64,000 nt of DNA from an uncultured Acidobacteriota bacterium (GTDB lineage Bacteria; Acidobacteriota; Thermoanaerobaculia; UBA5066; Gp7-AA6): assembly GCA_963764715.1 (NCBI GenBank), contig CAVXTP010000023.1, forward strand, positions 1 through 64,000, written 5' to 3'. Under the pieces are notes generated by a model that worked only from the letters and a program-made list of their open reading frames with translations, did not search any database and was not told the DNA's origin. The position numbers were made by a program, and so were the translations under genes. How positions within the stretch are numbered: the first letter of the stretch is position 1; each line of letters starts with the position of its first letter. Shown here piece after piece: positions 19,195 to 28,367 of this stretch.

Positions 19195-19463
19195 TACCCC
19201 TCCTTGCCGAATCCGAGAATCCGCTCCTTCTCCTTGCGGCTCAACTTGCGGCCGAGCACCGATTTCGGAAGGGAGGGCCAGATCTCCTCCCGCAGCAGAC
19301 GCCGCAGATGCTCGAGCCGGTCGGGTCGCGTCATGCCATAAGCCAGCCGTTCCTTACGATCCGCCAGAGCCGACCGGATCGCCCCGGTCTTGCTCTCGCC
19401 GGTCATGCGAGCGACCTCCGCCGCCAGGCGTTCGGCCTCCGGGTCCTTGATATTGAGCGCCAT
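19191..19463 (-). CDS. vapB: Type II antitoxin VapB (Rv0623-like RHH)
   Basis: MALNIKDPEAERLAAEVARMTGESKTGAIRSAL; 4-nt overlap with vapC. Confidence 0.92.
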   Translation of the reverse strand: MALNIKDPEAERLAAEVARMTGESKTGAIRSALADRKERLAYGMTRPDRLEHLRRLLREEIWPSLPKSVLGRKLSRKEKERILGFGKEGY

Positions 19464-19464
19464 G

Positions 19465-19491
19465 ATGGTAGAATTCTACCATAATGGTAGA
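19465..19491. promoter_or_regulatory. vapBC operator/promoter: overlapping palindromes
   Basis: Perfect ATGGTAGAATTCTACCAT (19465-19482) overlaps TCTACCATAATGGTAGA (19475-19491); contains TAGAAT on both strands. Confidence 0.75.
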
Positions 19492-19497
19492 GTACCC

Positions 19498-20223
19498 GTG
19501 ATCCTCTCGCTCGTTCTCGCTCTGCGGCTCGCGGCGCTCCCGTCGGCCGTCCCGCCCGCTTATCTCTACCGGACTACCCTCATCCAGGCGGCGCCGGGCA
19601 AGCTCCTCGAGGTCGTCGACGCCCTCAAGGCGGGCTGGCCCGGCTCGAAGGACAGCGGCGACGAGCCTCCGATTGCCATGCGGCACAGCCAGGGAGACCG
19701 CTGGGACCTCCTGCTCCTCTTTCCGATGGGGAGCTGGGGCGAGTACTACTCCCCGGATCGCATCGCCCGGCGGCGCAAGGCCGCCGAGGCGGCGATGACC
19801 GGGCTCGTCCGGCTCTCGGGCGACGTCGCCTGGACGGAGGACGTTTTCGTCTACGGCCCGCCGCTCGCCGAGACGCGGGCCGCGCTCGACCCGGCCGGCT
19901 ACTTTCACGTCGAGATGTTCGAATCGCTGCCCGGGATGGAGCAATCGCTCTACCGTCAGCGCGAGATGGAGAACGCGTACTCGAAGGCCCTCGACCTGCC
20001 GCAGAACCTGATCTTCGTGCGCGCCGCGGGAGCCGCCTGGGACCTCTTCACGATCGGCGCCTACCGCGACCTCAAGCACTACGCGGCAAGCGCCGACGTC
20101 CCGGAGGCGAAGCAGGAGGAGGCGGCGAAGGCGGCGGGGTTCGACGGGGTCAAGGCCATCGGGCCCTATCTACGGACCCTGATCTCCCTGCATCACGACA
20201 CGCTCGCGACCGCGATCAAGTAG
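19498..20223 (+). CDS. Hypothetical exported protein with two NIPSNAP-like (dimeric alpha-beta barrel) repeats
   Basis: Hydrophobic N-terminus from GTG 19498; internal duplication (QAAPGK...WDLLLL / ESLPGM...WDLFTI); coding-like codon usage. Confidence 0.7.
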   Translation: MILSLVLALRLAALPSAVPPAYLYRTTLIQAAPGKLLEVVDALKAGWPGSKDSGDEPPIAMRHSQGDRWDLLLLFPMGSWGEYYSPDRIARRRKAAEAAMTGLVRLSGDVAWTEDVFVYGPPLAETRAALDPAGYFHVEMFESLPGMEQSLYRQREMENAYSKALDLPQNLIFVRAAGAAWDLFTIGAYRDLKHYAASADVPEAKQEEAAKAAGFDGVKAIGPYLRTLISLHHDTLATAIK

Positions 20224-20485
20224 GCGGCGGAAGACCCTTCGTTCCGGGGCCCGCGTTCTCGTCCTCCTCGGTCCGCAGCGCGGTCTGCTCCTCGGCCGCA
20301 TGCTTCTTGCCCGGCTCGAGCAGCCCCTGGATCGCGAGAAACGCCGGTCCCACCTGGCCGTCGTTGTAGTGGCCGGGATACGTGCGGCGGTAGTCGATCC
20401 AGCCCTTCCACTCCATCCAGAGGAGCAGCCGGTCGACGAGGAAGATCGCCAGGGCGAGGCCCGCGATGCCGAGAGCCCACATCAT
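20216..20485 (-). CDS. Small membrane hypothetical protein (DUF6191-like)
   Basis: N-terminal TM, LLLWMEWKGWIDYRR and an acidic tail; family assignment is from memory. Confidence 0.6.
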   Translation of the reverse strand: MMWALGIAGLALAIFLVDRLLLWMEWKGWIDYRRTYPGHYNDGQVGPAFLAIQGLLEPGKKHAAEEQTALRTEEDENAGPGTKGLPPPT

Positions 20486-20544
20486 TCGACGAAACGGTAA
20501 CGCCGTTTGGATAGGATCGCCGCACTTTCTTGGCGGGAGGACAC

Positions 20545-21948
20545 ATGACGCTCGATCGTCGGTCCCTGCTCGTTTCGGGAGGCGCGGCCCTCGGCCTCGG
20601 CATGGCGTCGTCGGCGGCGCCGCAGACGGCGCCTTTCGGCGGCATCGACGGCTCGAAGTCCGCGGCGCTGTTCGTCAAGGACGACGACGGCCTGGCGCCG
20701 GCGACGTTCGATCGGCTGCCGCTCGAGTGGCACCAGGGGCGGGCGAAGGCGCTGCAGGGCTACATGGTCGAGAACGGGCTCGCGGGCGCGTGGCTGACCG
20801 ACCCGATGAACATCATCTATTTCACGGGCCTCTTCTTCACCACGACCGAGCGCCCCTTCTCGGTCTTCCTTCCCGCGGACCGCCTGGCGACGATCTGGTT
20901 CAACCCGGGCCTCGACCGCGACCTCGTCAAGAGCTGGTGGGCGACCGAGTCCGACTACTACTTCGACTTCCAGCACGCCGAGGGGGGCTTTCCCAACGAG
21001 GGGAAGGTCCAGCAGGGCGAGCAGGTCGATCTCTTCGAGTGGGTCCTGAAGGGCCTGAAGAAGCGGGGCTACGACGGCAAACGCATCGCGACGGACCGGG
21101 AGCTTTCCCCGGGCAAGCTCGCGACGGCCGGCAAGGTCTTCCTCAAGGAGACGAAGTTCGAGTCGATCGCCGACCGGTGCGAGAAGATGCGCATGGTCAA
21201 GTCGCCCGAGGAGCTCGCGCTCTGGCGGCGCGCCTACCGCGTCTTCGACGAGACCCACGCCTTCGCCCGCGACCTCCTGCTCGCCAGGGGCACCGACCTG
21301 ACCGACTACGAGCTCGGCATGGCGGCGACCGAGTTCGGCATGGGGCGCCTGATGTCGGGAATCAAGCGCGACGGCCGCCCGCACACCGCCGTCGGGATCG
21401 AGATGGACATCGGCGTGCGCTGCGGCGTGGGCACGGCGTACCCGCATCCGAACCAGATGCACTACAACAAGATCCGGAAGGGCCAGGCCCTCCAAATCGC
21501 GGGCGGCGTCGAGATCGGCGGCTGCGGGGGAGAGCTCTACCGCGCGTTCCTGCTGGCGCCGTGGACCGACCACCAGAAGAAGGTCTGGACGGTTTCGCGC
21601 GACTGCTGCCTGATGCAGAAGGACCTCCAGCGCGAGGGCATGGCGTGCTCGACGGTCGCCTACCAGATCCTCAAGCACCAGGTGGACGAAGGAATGCAGA
21701 AATACATCTACCACCGTCCGGCGCACGGGATGGGCGTGGAGGGCCACCAGCCGCCGTACCTGGCGCTCGGGGACTACACGATGCTGCAGGCGGGGATGAT
21801 CTTCTCCGTCGAGCCCGGGCTCTACGACCCGGAGAACGGCTTCGGCGTCAACTTCTCCGACGGCTTCGCGGTCCAGCCGGGAGGCAAGCCCGCGTTGCAG
21901 ATGTCGCGCCTGCCGTGGTCCGAGGAGTGGTGCCTGGTGAAGCTGTAG
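20545..21948 (+). CDS. Tat-exported M24 (Xaa-Pro peptidase/creatinase fold) hydrolase
   Basis: GGAGG RBS; DRRSLL twin-arginine signal; NIIYFTG, RMVKSPEE, AHGMG...HQPPY and SVEPGLY. Confidence 0.88.
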   Translation: MTLDRRSLLVSGGAALGLGMASSAAPQTAPFGGIDGSKSAALFVKDDDGLAPATFDRLPLEWHQGRAKALQGYMVENGLAGAWLTDPMNIIYFTGLFFTTTERPFSVFLPADRLATIWFNPGLDRDLVKSWWATESDYYFDFQHAEGGFPNEGKVQQGEQVDLFEWVLKGLKKRGYDGKRIATDRELSPGKLATAGKVFLKETKFESIADRCEKMRMVKSPEELALWRRAYRVFDETHAFARDLLLARGTDLTDYELGMAATEFGMGRLMSGIKRDGRPHTAVGIEMDIGVRCGVGTAYPHPNQMHYNKIRKGQALQIAGGVEIGGCGGELYRAFLLAPWTDHQKKVWTVSRDCCLMQKDLQREGMACSTVAYQILKHQVDEGMQKYIYHRPAHGMGVEGHQPPYLALGDYTMLQAGMIFSVEPGLYDPENGFGVNFSDGFAVQPGGKPALQMSRLPWSEEWCLVKL

Positions 21949-21981
21949 CGGGGACCGAGCTTCGATCCGGCGGGGAGAGCG

Positions 21982-24684
21982 TCACTGGGATCGGCCCTGA
22001 CCCGTGAGGGTCAGGAGCCAGATCGAAGAGCCGCCGTTCTCGCGACAGTAGTAGAGAAACTTGCCGTCCGGCGAGATGGTGGGCTCCTCGAGAAAGAGGC
22101 CGGCCTCGGGAAAGTGCGTGACCGACTCGAGGGGCCCGCCCCCCGCAGGGATCCGGGAGATGTTGCGGTGGCTCGGCTGGATGTAAATCCACTTTCCATC
22201 CGGCGAATAGAAGGGGTGCCGCATCCTCTCGTAGCCGGTCGTGAGCTGCTCGAGGGCGCCGCCCTCGACCGGCATCCGGAAGAGTTGCAGCGTGCCTCCC
22301 ATGACCGCCGTCCCGGCGATCCAGCGACCGTCCGGCGACCACTCGGCGTCGAACTTGTCGTCGGGAGAATCGGTCAGCGCTTTCAGCTTGCGGGAGGTCA
22401 TGTCGAACAACCCGAGCTGCTGCGTGACGCCCTGGAGCACGTCGGAAAGAAGCAGGAAGCGTCCGTCTTTCGAGGGCCGGAGCTGGCTGACTCCCTTGCT
22501 GCCGCCCCGGAACAACTCTTCCGCCCGGCTCCCGTCCAGGGCCGCGATCCAGAAGGAATCCTGCGTGCCGGACATGTACCGCACGGCGAGAATCTCGTTG
22601 CCGGCAGGCATCCACGAAGGGGAAAGCTGCCCGACGTCCTCCCCCGGCAGCTGGAGGCGCTGGCGAAGCCGCGTCTCGAGACTCAGGATCCAGACCTCCA
22701 TGCGCCCCAGAATGTCGCTGATGTAAGCGACCTGTCGGCCGTCCGGCGAGACCTGCGGGTAGCTGTCGATCACGCGCCCGCTCGACAGGGGTTCTTCCGG
22801 TCCGGCCGGCGCCCCGCCGCCCGGAGCGAGCGGCAGGCGCGTGAGATTGCGTGAGGTCTCCTCCTCGACGACGGCGAGCCGTCGCCCGTCCCGGGAAACG
22901 GCGAGATCTCGAAAGTACGCCGTCACGAGACCGACCGTTCGCGGCGCGCCGTCCACGCTCCCGCTTCCGGGCGCGAAGTCGCGGCGCTCCACGCGGGTGC
23001 CGCCGTTGGGATCCCTCGAGAGGCACCACAGGGAGCGCGACGAGGCGTCCCAGGCGTGGCTGAATCCGCGAAAGATCGCCCGAGGCTGGCCTCCCGTCGC
23101 CGGCATCACGAGCACTTCTTCGAGCTGCGATTCGAAGCTGATCCAGCGCCCGTCCGGCGAGCAGGCGATCCGGGTGATTTCCCAGCTCGACTGTTCGCTC
23201 GAGAGGAGCGCGCGGGGAGCCCCTCCCTGGGAGGGCACTTCGAAGATCGCACGCCGACTCTCGGGTCCCGTGACGTACAGCACGCTCCGGCCGTCCGGCC
23301 GCCACGCGGGATAGTTGGCGTCGGGGGCGAGCCGCCGCGCCGCGCCGCCCAGCGGCGGAACGGTCCAGAGATCGCCGCCGTACGTGCGGGTATTGCGAGA
23401 GAGAGTCCCGCCGATCTTGATGAGGCCCGTCTTCGAGGCCCGCGTCGAGACGAAGGCGATGGCATTGCCGTCGGGGGAAAAAGCGGGCTGGATGTCCTGC
23501 CCGGGGTCGTTCGTCACCCGGACGTCCTGCCCGCCCTCGCCGCGGCGCACGTAGATCTCGAAGTCGCCGCTCCGATCCGAGGCGAAGGCGAGGAGGTTTC
23601 CATCCGTCGACCAGCTCGGCCACTCCGCGCGGCCGGTCGGAGGCGTGATTCTGGAGAGCCCTTCGACCGCGAGCGGACGCAGGGCGCCCGGCCGACGCGC
23701 GAGTCCCCAGGTCGCGACCGCCGCGATCACGGCCGAGGCGAGCGCCGTCGCCGCGAGAATCCCGAGGCGCTTTCCCCGCGCGGGCGCGGCGACCGGCGCG
23801 TCGGCTCCGGCGTCGCCCGGCGGCTCCGCCGCCGCTTCGTCGATCTCGAGTCGGGCATCGGCCACGTCGTGAAGCCGCCGGTCCGGATCCTTCTGCAGGC
23901 AGCGGCGCAGGAGATCGCGGATGCGCCGGGGTGTCGAGGCCGGGAGCGCGCGCCAGTCCGCATCGCGCGTCAGCACGGCGGCGAGGACGTCGGACACCGT
24001 CTCGCCTTCGAAGGCCCGCCGTCCCGACAACATCTCGTAGAGAACGCAGCCAAAGGCCCAGATGTCCGTCCGACGGTCGACGGCCTTTCCGCGCGCCTGC
24101 TCGGGCGACATGTAGGCCGCCGTTCCCAGGATGACGCCCTTCTCGGTCCCGCCGGACGTGATGGTGGGCGAGATCGAGACGTCTCCCTGTGGCGCGGCGT
24201 CCCCTCCGAAGGCCTTCGCGAGGCCGAAGTCGAGCACCTTGACCTTGCCCGCCGGCGTGACCTTGACGTTGGACGGCTTCAGGTCCCGGTGGACGATTCC
24301 CTTCTCGTGCGCCGCTTCCAACGCTTCGGCGATCTGCCGGGCGAAGACCAGGCTCTCGTCCACCGGGATCGCCCCGGCGGCCACCCGCTCGGCCATCGTT
24401 TCGCCTTCGACGAGCTCGAGAACCAGGAAGCGGATGCCATTGGCCTCTTCGAGGCCGTAGATCGAGGCGATGCTCGGATGGTTGAGCGAGGCGAGCAGGC
24501 GGGCTTCGCGATCGAAGCGTGACAGCCGCTCGGGATCCTGCGAGAACCCGGCCGGCAGAACCTTGACGGCGACCTGGCGCCCGAGCTTGGTGTCCCGCGC
24601 CCGATAGACCTCGCCCATCCCGCCGGCGCCCAGAGGCGACAGGATCTCGTACGGGCCCAGACGCGTGCCGGCGGAGAGGCTCAC
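21982..24684 (-). CDS. Ser/Thr kinase - TM - PD40/TolB-like beta-propeller (array kinase K6)
   Basis: GAGGMG, VAVK, HRDLKP, DFGLA and SPE; TM LGILAATALASAVIAAVATWGL; multiple SPDG repeats. Confidence 0.93.
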   Translation of the reverse strand: MSLSAGTRLGPYEILSPLGAGGMGEVYRARDTKLGRQVAVKVLPAGFSQDPERLSRFDREARLLASLNHPSIASIYGLEEANGIRFLVLELVEGETMAERVAAGAIPVDESLVFARQIAEALEAAHEKGIVHRDLKPSNVKVTPAGKVKVLDFGLAKAFGGDAAPQGDVSISPTITSGGTEKGVILGTAAYMSPEQARGKAVDRRTDIWAFGCVLYEMLSGRRAFEGETVSDVLAAVLTRDADWRALPASTPRRIRDLLRRCLQKDPDRRLHDVADARLEIDEAAAEPPGDAGADAPVAAPARGKRLGILAATALASAVIAAVATWGLARRPGALRPLAVEGLSRITPPTGRAEWPSWSTDGNLLAFASDRSGDFEIYVRRGEGGQDVRVTNDPGQDIQPAFSPDGNAIAFVSTRASKTGLIKIGGTLSRNTRTYGGDLWTVPPLGGAARRLAPDANYPAWRPDGRSVLYVTGPESRRAIFEVPSQGGAPRALLSSEQSSWEITRIACSPDGRWISFESQLEEVLVMPATGGQPRAIFRGFSHAWDASSRSLWCLSRDPNGGTRVERRDFAPGSGSVDGAPRTVGLVTAYFRDLAVSRDGRRLAVVEEETSRNLTRLPLAPGGGAPAGPEEPLSSGRVIDSYPQVSPDGRQVAYISDILGRMEVWILSLETRLRQRLQLPGEDVGQLSPSWMPAGNEILAVRYMSGTQDSFWIAALDGSRAEELFRGGSKGVSQLRPSKDGRFLLLSDVLQGVTQQLGLFDMTSRKLKALTDSPDDKFDAEWSPDGRWIAGTAVMGGTLQLFRMPVEGGALEQLTTGYERMRHPFYSPDGKWIYIQPSHRNISRIPAGGGPLESVTHFPEAGLFLEEPTISPDGKFLYYCRENGGSSIWLLTLTGQGRSQ

Positions 24685-24685
24685 T

Positions 24686-27229
24686 TCACTCGAGTCCTTC
24701 TATCATCCAGATCTCGCCTCCCTGCGGGCGGAAGCGATCGAAGAGGACCCACTTCCCGTCCGGCGACCAGACCGGGTAGTCGATGCGGGCGTCCGGATCG
24801 TCGAACTCGAAGACTTTCTCCGGGGTGCCGCCGTCGAGCCGGGAGACCCAGAGCTCCCGGTGTCCCACGACGTCCATGATGCGCGAAAAGTCGGGGGAGA
24901 ACGACATGTGGGCGCCGCCGGCGACTTCCCCGACGGGCTCCAGCTCGCCGCCCGCGAGGGGCGCCCGCAGCGTTCGCGAGGGGGTTTCCGAGGAGCGGAA
25001 GATCACGGCGCTCGCGTCCCGGGTCCAGCGCAGGAAATGGCCCACCACGCGCGTCCGCGTCAGCGCCCTCGGCTGTGACCCGTCGGCGTGCATCACCCAG
25101 ATTTCGAAGCGGCCGTTGCGGTCCGACTGGAAGGCGATGAAGCGTCCGTCGGGCGAGAACGAGGGATTGATGTCGAGCGACGGCGTGCGCGTGAGCGGCC
25201 GCAGGGCGCCCGAATCGAGGTCCGCGGTCCAGATGTCGGGAGAGCCCGCGCGCGACGAAAAAAACGCGATCGTCTTCCGGTCGGGCGACCAGTTCGCCTG
25301 GTAGTCGCCGCCGGGCCCTCGCGAGATCTGACGGGCCGCGCCGCCGCCGAGGTCCTGGATCCAGATGTTCATCTCTCCGCTGCGGTCGGAGTTGAACGCG
25401 ATCGACCGGCCGTCCGGCGACCATGCGCCCCGGCTGTCCTCCCGATTGGTGGCGATGGTTTCCCGGGGAGCCCCCGTCGGACGCCCGCTCGATGGATCGA
25501 CGGGCAGCGTCCAGATGTTGGCGTTCTGGCGCCGGATGGAGAAGGCGAGGCGCGCGCCGTCGGGCGAGGGCGTCGGCTCGAGATCCTGGCCGGCGCCGGT
25601 CGTGACTTGCTGCGGGGCACCCCGCGGCTTGCCGCCGGCGGTGACGGCGACCCGCCAGAGGTTCAGGCCGCCGCTGCGGTACGACGAGAAGTAGATGTAG
25701 CGCCCGGACGGCGACCAGACGGGCTGGAGATCCTGGAACGAGTCGCTCGTGACCCACTCGAGCTTCTGGGTGGAGAGGTCGACGATGCGCACGTCGAACT
25801 TGGTGCTCTCGCGGTTCTGGAAAACGATTCGCCGGCCGTCCGGGGAGAAGCGGGGGCGAACGTGGACGATCGCCTCGGAGACGTCGCTCGTCACCTGTCG
25901 GGGATTGTGCCCCCACGGGTCGACGGTCCAGATCCGCCGCTGCCCGGCCCAGGGCGCGTCGCACGCGATCCGCTCGCCGCCGGGCGAAAAGGCCGGATTG
26001 TAGGCATCGTCGACGAGCTTCGACTCGCGGCCGGTCGCGCGGTCGAGCTTCCAGATGTCGCCTTCGCCCTGCTCGCCGAACAGGACGTGGGGCTCGAGCT
26101 TGCGCCCGGCCCGGCGGGCCCGGACGAACAGGATCGACGCGCCGTCGGGCGACCAGCACGGCTGGATGTCGTCGAACGGGCCCGTCGTCACCGCGGCCTC
26201 GCCGCCTCCCCCGGGGCTGCGGACGAAGATCTTTCGCACGCCGCCGACGTCGGCGGCGTAGACGAGCTCGTCGCCGGCGGGGGAGAACGCGGGCGACTGC
26301 TCCAGTCCCTTCGCGATCGTGAGCAGAGTCAACCGGGGCGTCCCGGACGGGACGACGGCGCGACCGCGCGTGCGCCGCGAGAATGTCCGCGCCTCCTGGA
26401 TACGCGAGTCCGCCTCCCGCGCATTTTGCAGGCGCCGGTCGGGATCCTTCTCGAGGCAGGCGCGGAGCAGGCGGCGGATCGCGGCGGGCGTGCCCGAAGG
26501 CAGCCGCTTCCAGTCGGGCTCGTCGTGGAGAACCGCCGCGAGACAATCCGCGACCGTCTCGCCCGGGAACGCGAGGCGGCCGGAGAGCATCTCGTAGAGG
26601 AGGCACCCGAAGGACCAGAGGTCGGTGCGGTGATCGAGGGCCTGGCCCCGCGCCTGCTCGGGGCTCATGTACGCCGGCGTGCCGACGATCGTTCCCGCGG
26701 CCGTCGCGGACGTGGGGGAGGTCATCAGGGCCGACGCGCCGCCGGGCGCGGCGACGGGCTTCGCCAGGCCGAAATCGAGCACTTTGGCGTGGCCCGCCGG
26801 CGTGACGATGACGTTGCCGGGCTTGAGGTCCCGATGCACGAGGCCTCGCTCGTGCGCCGCCGCCAGGGCGTCGGCGATCTGGGCGGCGATCTCGAGCGCC
26901 TCGGGTATCGGTATCGGACCCTGGGCCAGCCGGGCGTTGAGCGCCTGCCCCTCCACGAGCTCGAGCACGAGGAAGCTCGTCCCGTTGCGCTCCTCGAGGC
27001 CGTGGATCTGCGCGATGTGAGGGTGGTTGAGCGCGGCGAGCATGCGCGCCTCGCGCTCGAAACGCGCCAGATGCTCGGGCTCCCGCGCGAGGCGGGCGGA
27101 GATGAGCTTGATGGCGACGTCGCGCTCGAGCCGCGTGTCGCGGGCCCGGTACACCTCGCCCATGCCCCCCGCGCCGAGGAGGCTCAGGATCTCGTAGGAG
27201 CCGAGCCGGGCGCCTGGGGCGAGGGTCAT
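24686..27229 (-). CDS. Ser/Thr kinase - PD40/TolB-like beta-propeller, no clear TM (array kinase K5)
   Basis: Start MTLAPGARLGSY at 27229 (ATGA overlap); full kinase motifs; many (W/F)SPDG repeats. Confidence 0.92.
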   Translation of the reverse strand: MTLAPGARLGSYEILSLLGAGGMGEVYRARDTRLERDVAIKLISARLAREPEHLARFEREARMLAALNHPHIAQIHGLEERNGTSFLVLELVEGQALNARLAQGPIPIPEALEIAAQIADALAAAHERGLVHRDLKPGNVIVTPAGHAKVLDFGLAKPVAAPGGASALMTSPTSATAAGTIVGTPAYMSPEQARGQALDHRTDLWSFGCLLYEMLSGRLAFPGETVADCLAAVLHDEPDWKRLPSGTPAAIRRLLRACLEKDPDRRLQNAREADSRIQEARTFSRRTRGRAVVPSGTPRLTLLTIAKGLEQSPAFSPAGDELVYAADVGGVRKIFVRSPGGGGEAAVTTGPFDDIQPCWSPDGASILFVRARRAGRKLEPHVLFGEQGEGDIWKLDRATGRESKLVDDAYNPAFSPGGERIACDAPWAGQRRIWTVDPWGHNPRQVTSDVSEAIVHVRPRFSPDGRRIVFQNRESTKFDVRIVDLSTQKLEWVTSDSFQDLQPVWSPSGRYIYFSSYRSGGLNLWRVAVTAGGKPRGAPQQVTTGAGQDLEPTPSPDGARLAFSIRRQNANIWTLPVDPSSGRPTGAPRETIATNREDSRGAWSPDGRSIAFNSDRSGEMNIWIQDLGGGAARQISRGPGGDYQANWSPDRKTIAFFSSRAGSPDIWTADLDSGALRPLTRTPSLDINPSFSPDGRFIAFQSDRNGRFEIWVMHADGSQPRALTRTRVVGHFLRWTRDASAVIFRSSETPSRTLRAPLAGGELEPVGEVAGGAHMSFSPDFSRIMDVVGHRELWVSRLDGGTPEKVFEFDDPDARIDYPVWSPDGKWVLFDRFRPQGGEIWMIEGLE

Positions 27230-28341
27230 TCCTTCTTCACGGCCGCGAGGACCCGGGAGAGCGCCCACGCGGGGTCGAGCGATTCCTTCTCGTAGATGTT
27301 CCACCCCGTGAAGACCGCGATGAGCTCGAGGTCAGGGACCACGATCAGGAACTGTCCCCCGTAACCCCATCCGGCGTAGGCGTCGTGCGAGCCCGGGCCC
27401 TTGCCCGGCATGACCCACCACTGGTAGCCGTACCCGAAGGCGCCGTCCTTCGTGTGAGTGCTCGCGTGCGTCGAGGCCGCGACCCAGCCTTCGGGGAGGA
27501 TGCGCTTTCCGTCCCAGACGCCGTCCTTCAGATACAGGTATCCGATTTTGGCGAGGTCCCGCGGCGCGAGGTACAGCCCGCCTTCGGTGTCCGCGAGGCC
27601 CTTCGGCGTGCGCTTCCAGTAGTACTCGATCCCGAGAGGACCGAAGAGATGCTCCTTCGCGTAGTCGTCGGCCTGTTTCCCCGTCGCCTTCCAGATAAGG
27701 TACGAGAGCAGCTCCGTCGCGCCGCTGTTGTAGACGAAGACCTTCCCGGGATCCTCCGCCATCGGCTGCTCGAGGACGTAGCGGACCCAGTCCTCACGGC
27801 CCTCCATCACGGCGCAGTTGTTCGCGGGGTCGGTGTACTCGGTCGACTCCTCGTCCCAGCGGATCCCGGCAGTCATCGTCAGGATGTCGCGCAACTTCAT
27901 CCGGTCGCGGCGCGGGTCCGGCGGAATCCTGAAATCCGCGAAGTACGGCATCGCCTTGACGTCGGCGCCCGGGATCTCCCCGCGGCGGATCGCGATCCCG
28001 ACGAGCGCGGAGGTCACGCTCTTGGAGACCGACTGCATCGTGTGAAGGGGCGTGCCCTTGTAGTACGGGTGCCAGCCCGGGTCGTAGTAGTTGTAGATGC
28101 CGGGCTCGCCCTTGCCGGCGAAGAGCCGCGCATAGTCCTTCGCCCGGTCGTAGGTCTTCTCGTAGACGACCTTTCCGTGGCGGATCACGAGCATCGAGTC
28201 GACGTAGCCGTGCTTGCCCGAGGCGAGCTCGCGGTCGAGGGAGTCCAGAGTCGCGGAGTGGAGGCCCTCGTGCTCCGGCGTGGATTCGGCCCAGGCCTTC
28301 GCAGGGAACTGCATCGCGAGAAACAGGATGAATGGAATCAT
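27226..28341 (-). CDS. Serine hydrolase, beta-lactamase class C/NylB-like
   Basis: SVSK (SxxK), YNS and AGWGYGGQ; short signal-like N-terminus MIPFILFLAMQFPAKAWA; GGAGG RBS. Confidence 0.88.
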   Translation of the reverse strand: MIPFILFLAMQFPAKAWAESTPEHEGLHSATLDSLDRELASGKHGYVDSMLVIRHGKVVYEKTYDRAKDYARLFAGKGEPGIYNYYDPGWHPYYKGTPLHTMQSVSKSVTSALVGIAIRRGEIPGADVKAMPYFADFRIPPDPRRDRMKLRDILTMTAGIRWDEESTEYTDPANNCAVMEGREDWVRYVLEQPMAEDPGKVFVYNSGATELLSYLIWKATGKQADDYAKEHLFGPLGIEYYWKRTPKGLADTEGGLYLAPRDLAKIGYLYLKDGVWDGKRILPEGWVAASTHASTHTKDGAFGYGYQWWVMPGKGPGSHDAYAGWGYGGQFLIVVPDLELIAVFTGWNIYEKESLDPAWALSRVLAAVKKE

Positions 28342-28367
28342 CGATTGCCTCCGGCGGACAGACTCAT
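28338..28367 (-). pseudogene. Mini-ORF MSLSAGGNR: vestigial kinase N-terminus bridging K4 and the serine hydrolase
   Basis: Its ATG overlaps the K4 stop and its TGA overlaps the hydrolase ATG. The first six residues match the array kinase start (MSLSAGTRLGPY). Confidence 0.5.

Noticed and set aside
27226-28341. True beta-lactamase (resistance gene)
   Set aside because: The SxxK/YxS pattern and lack of a KTG triad fit the broad serine hydrolase/NylB-like group; resistance cannot be inferred.
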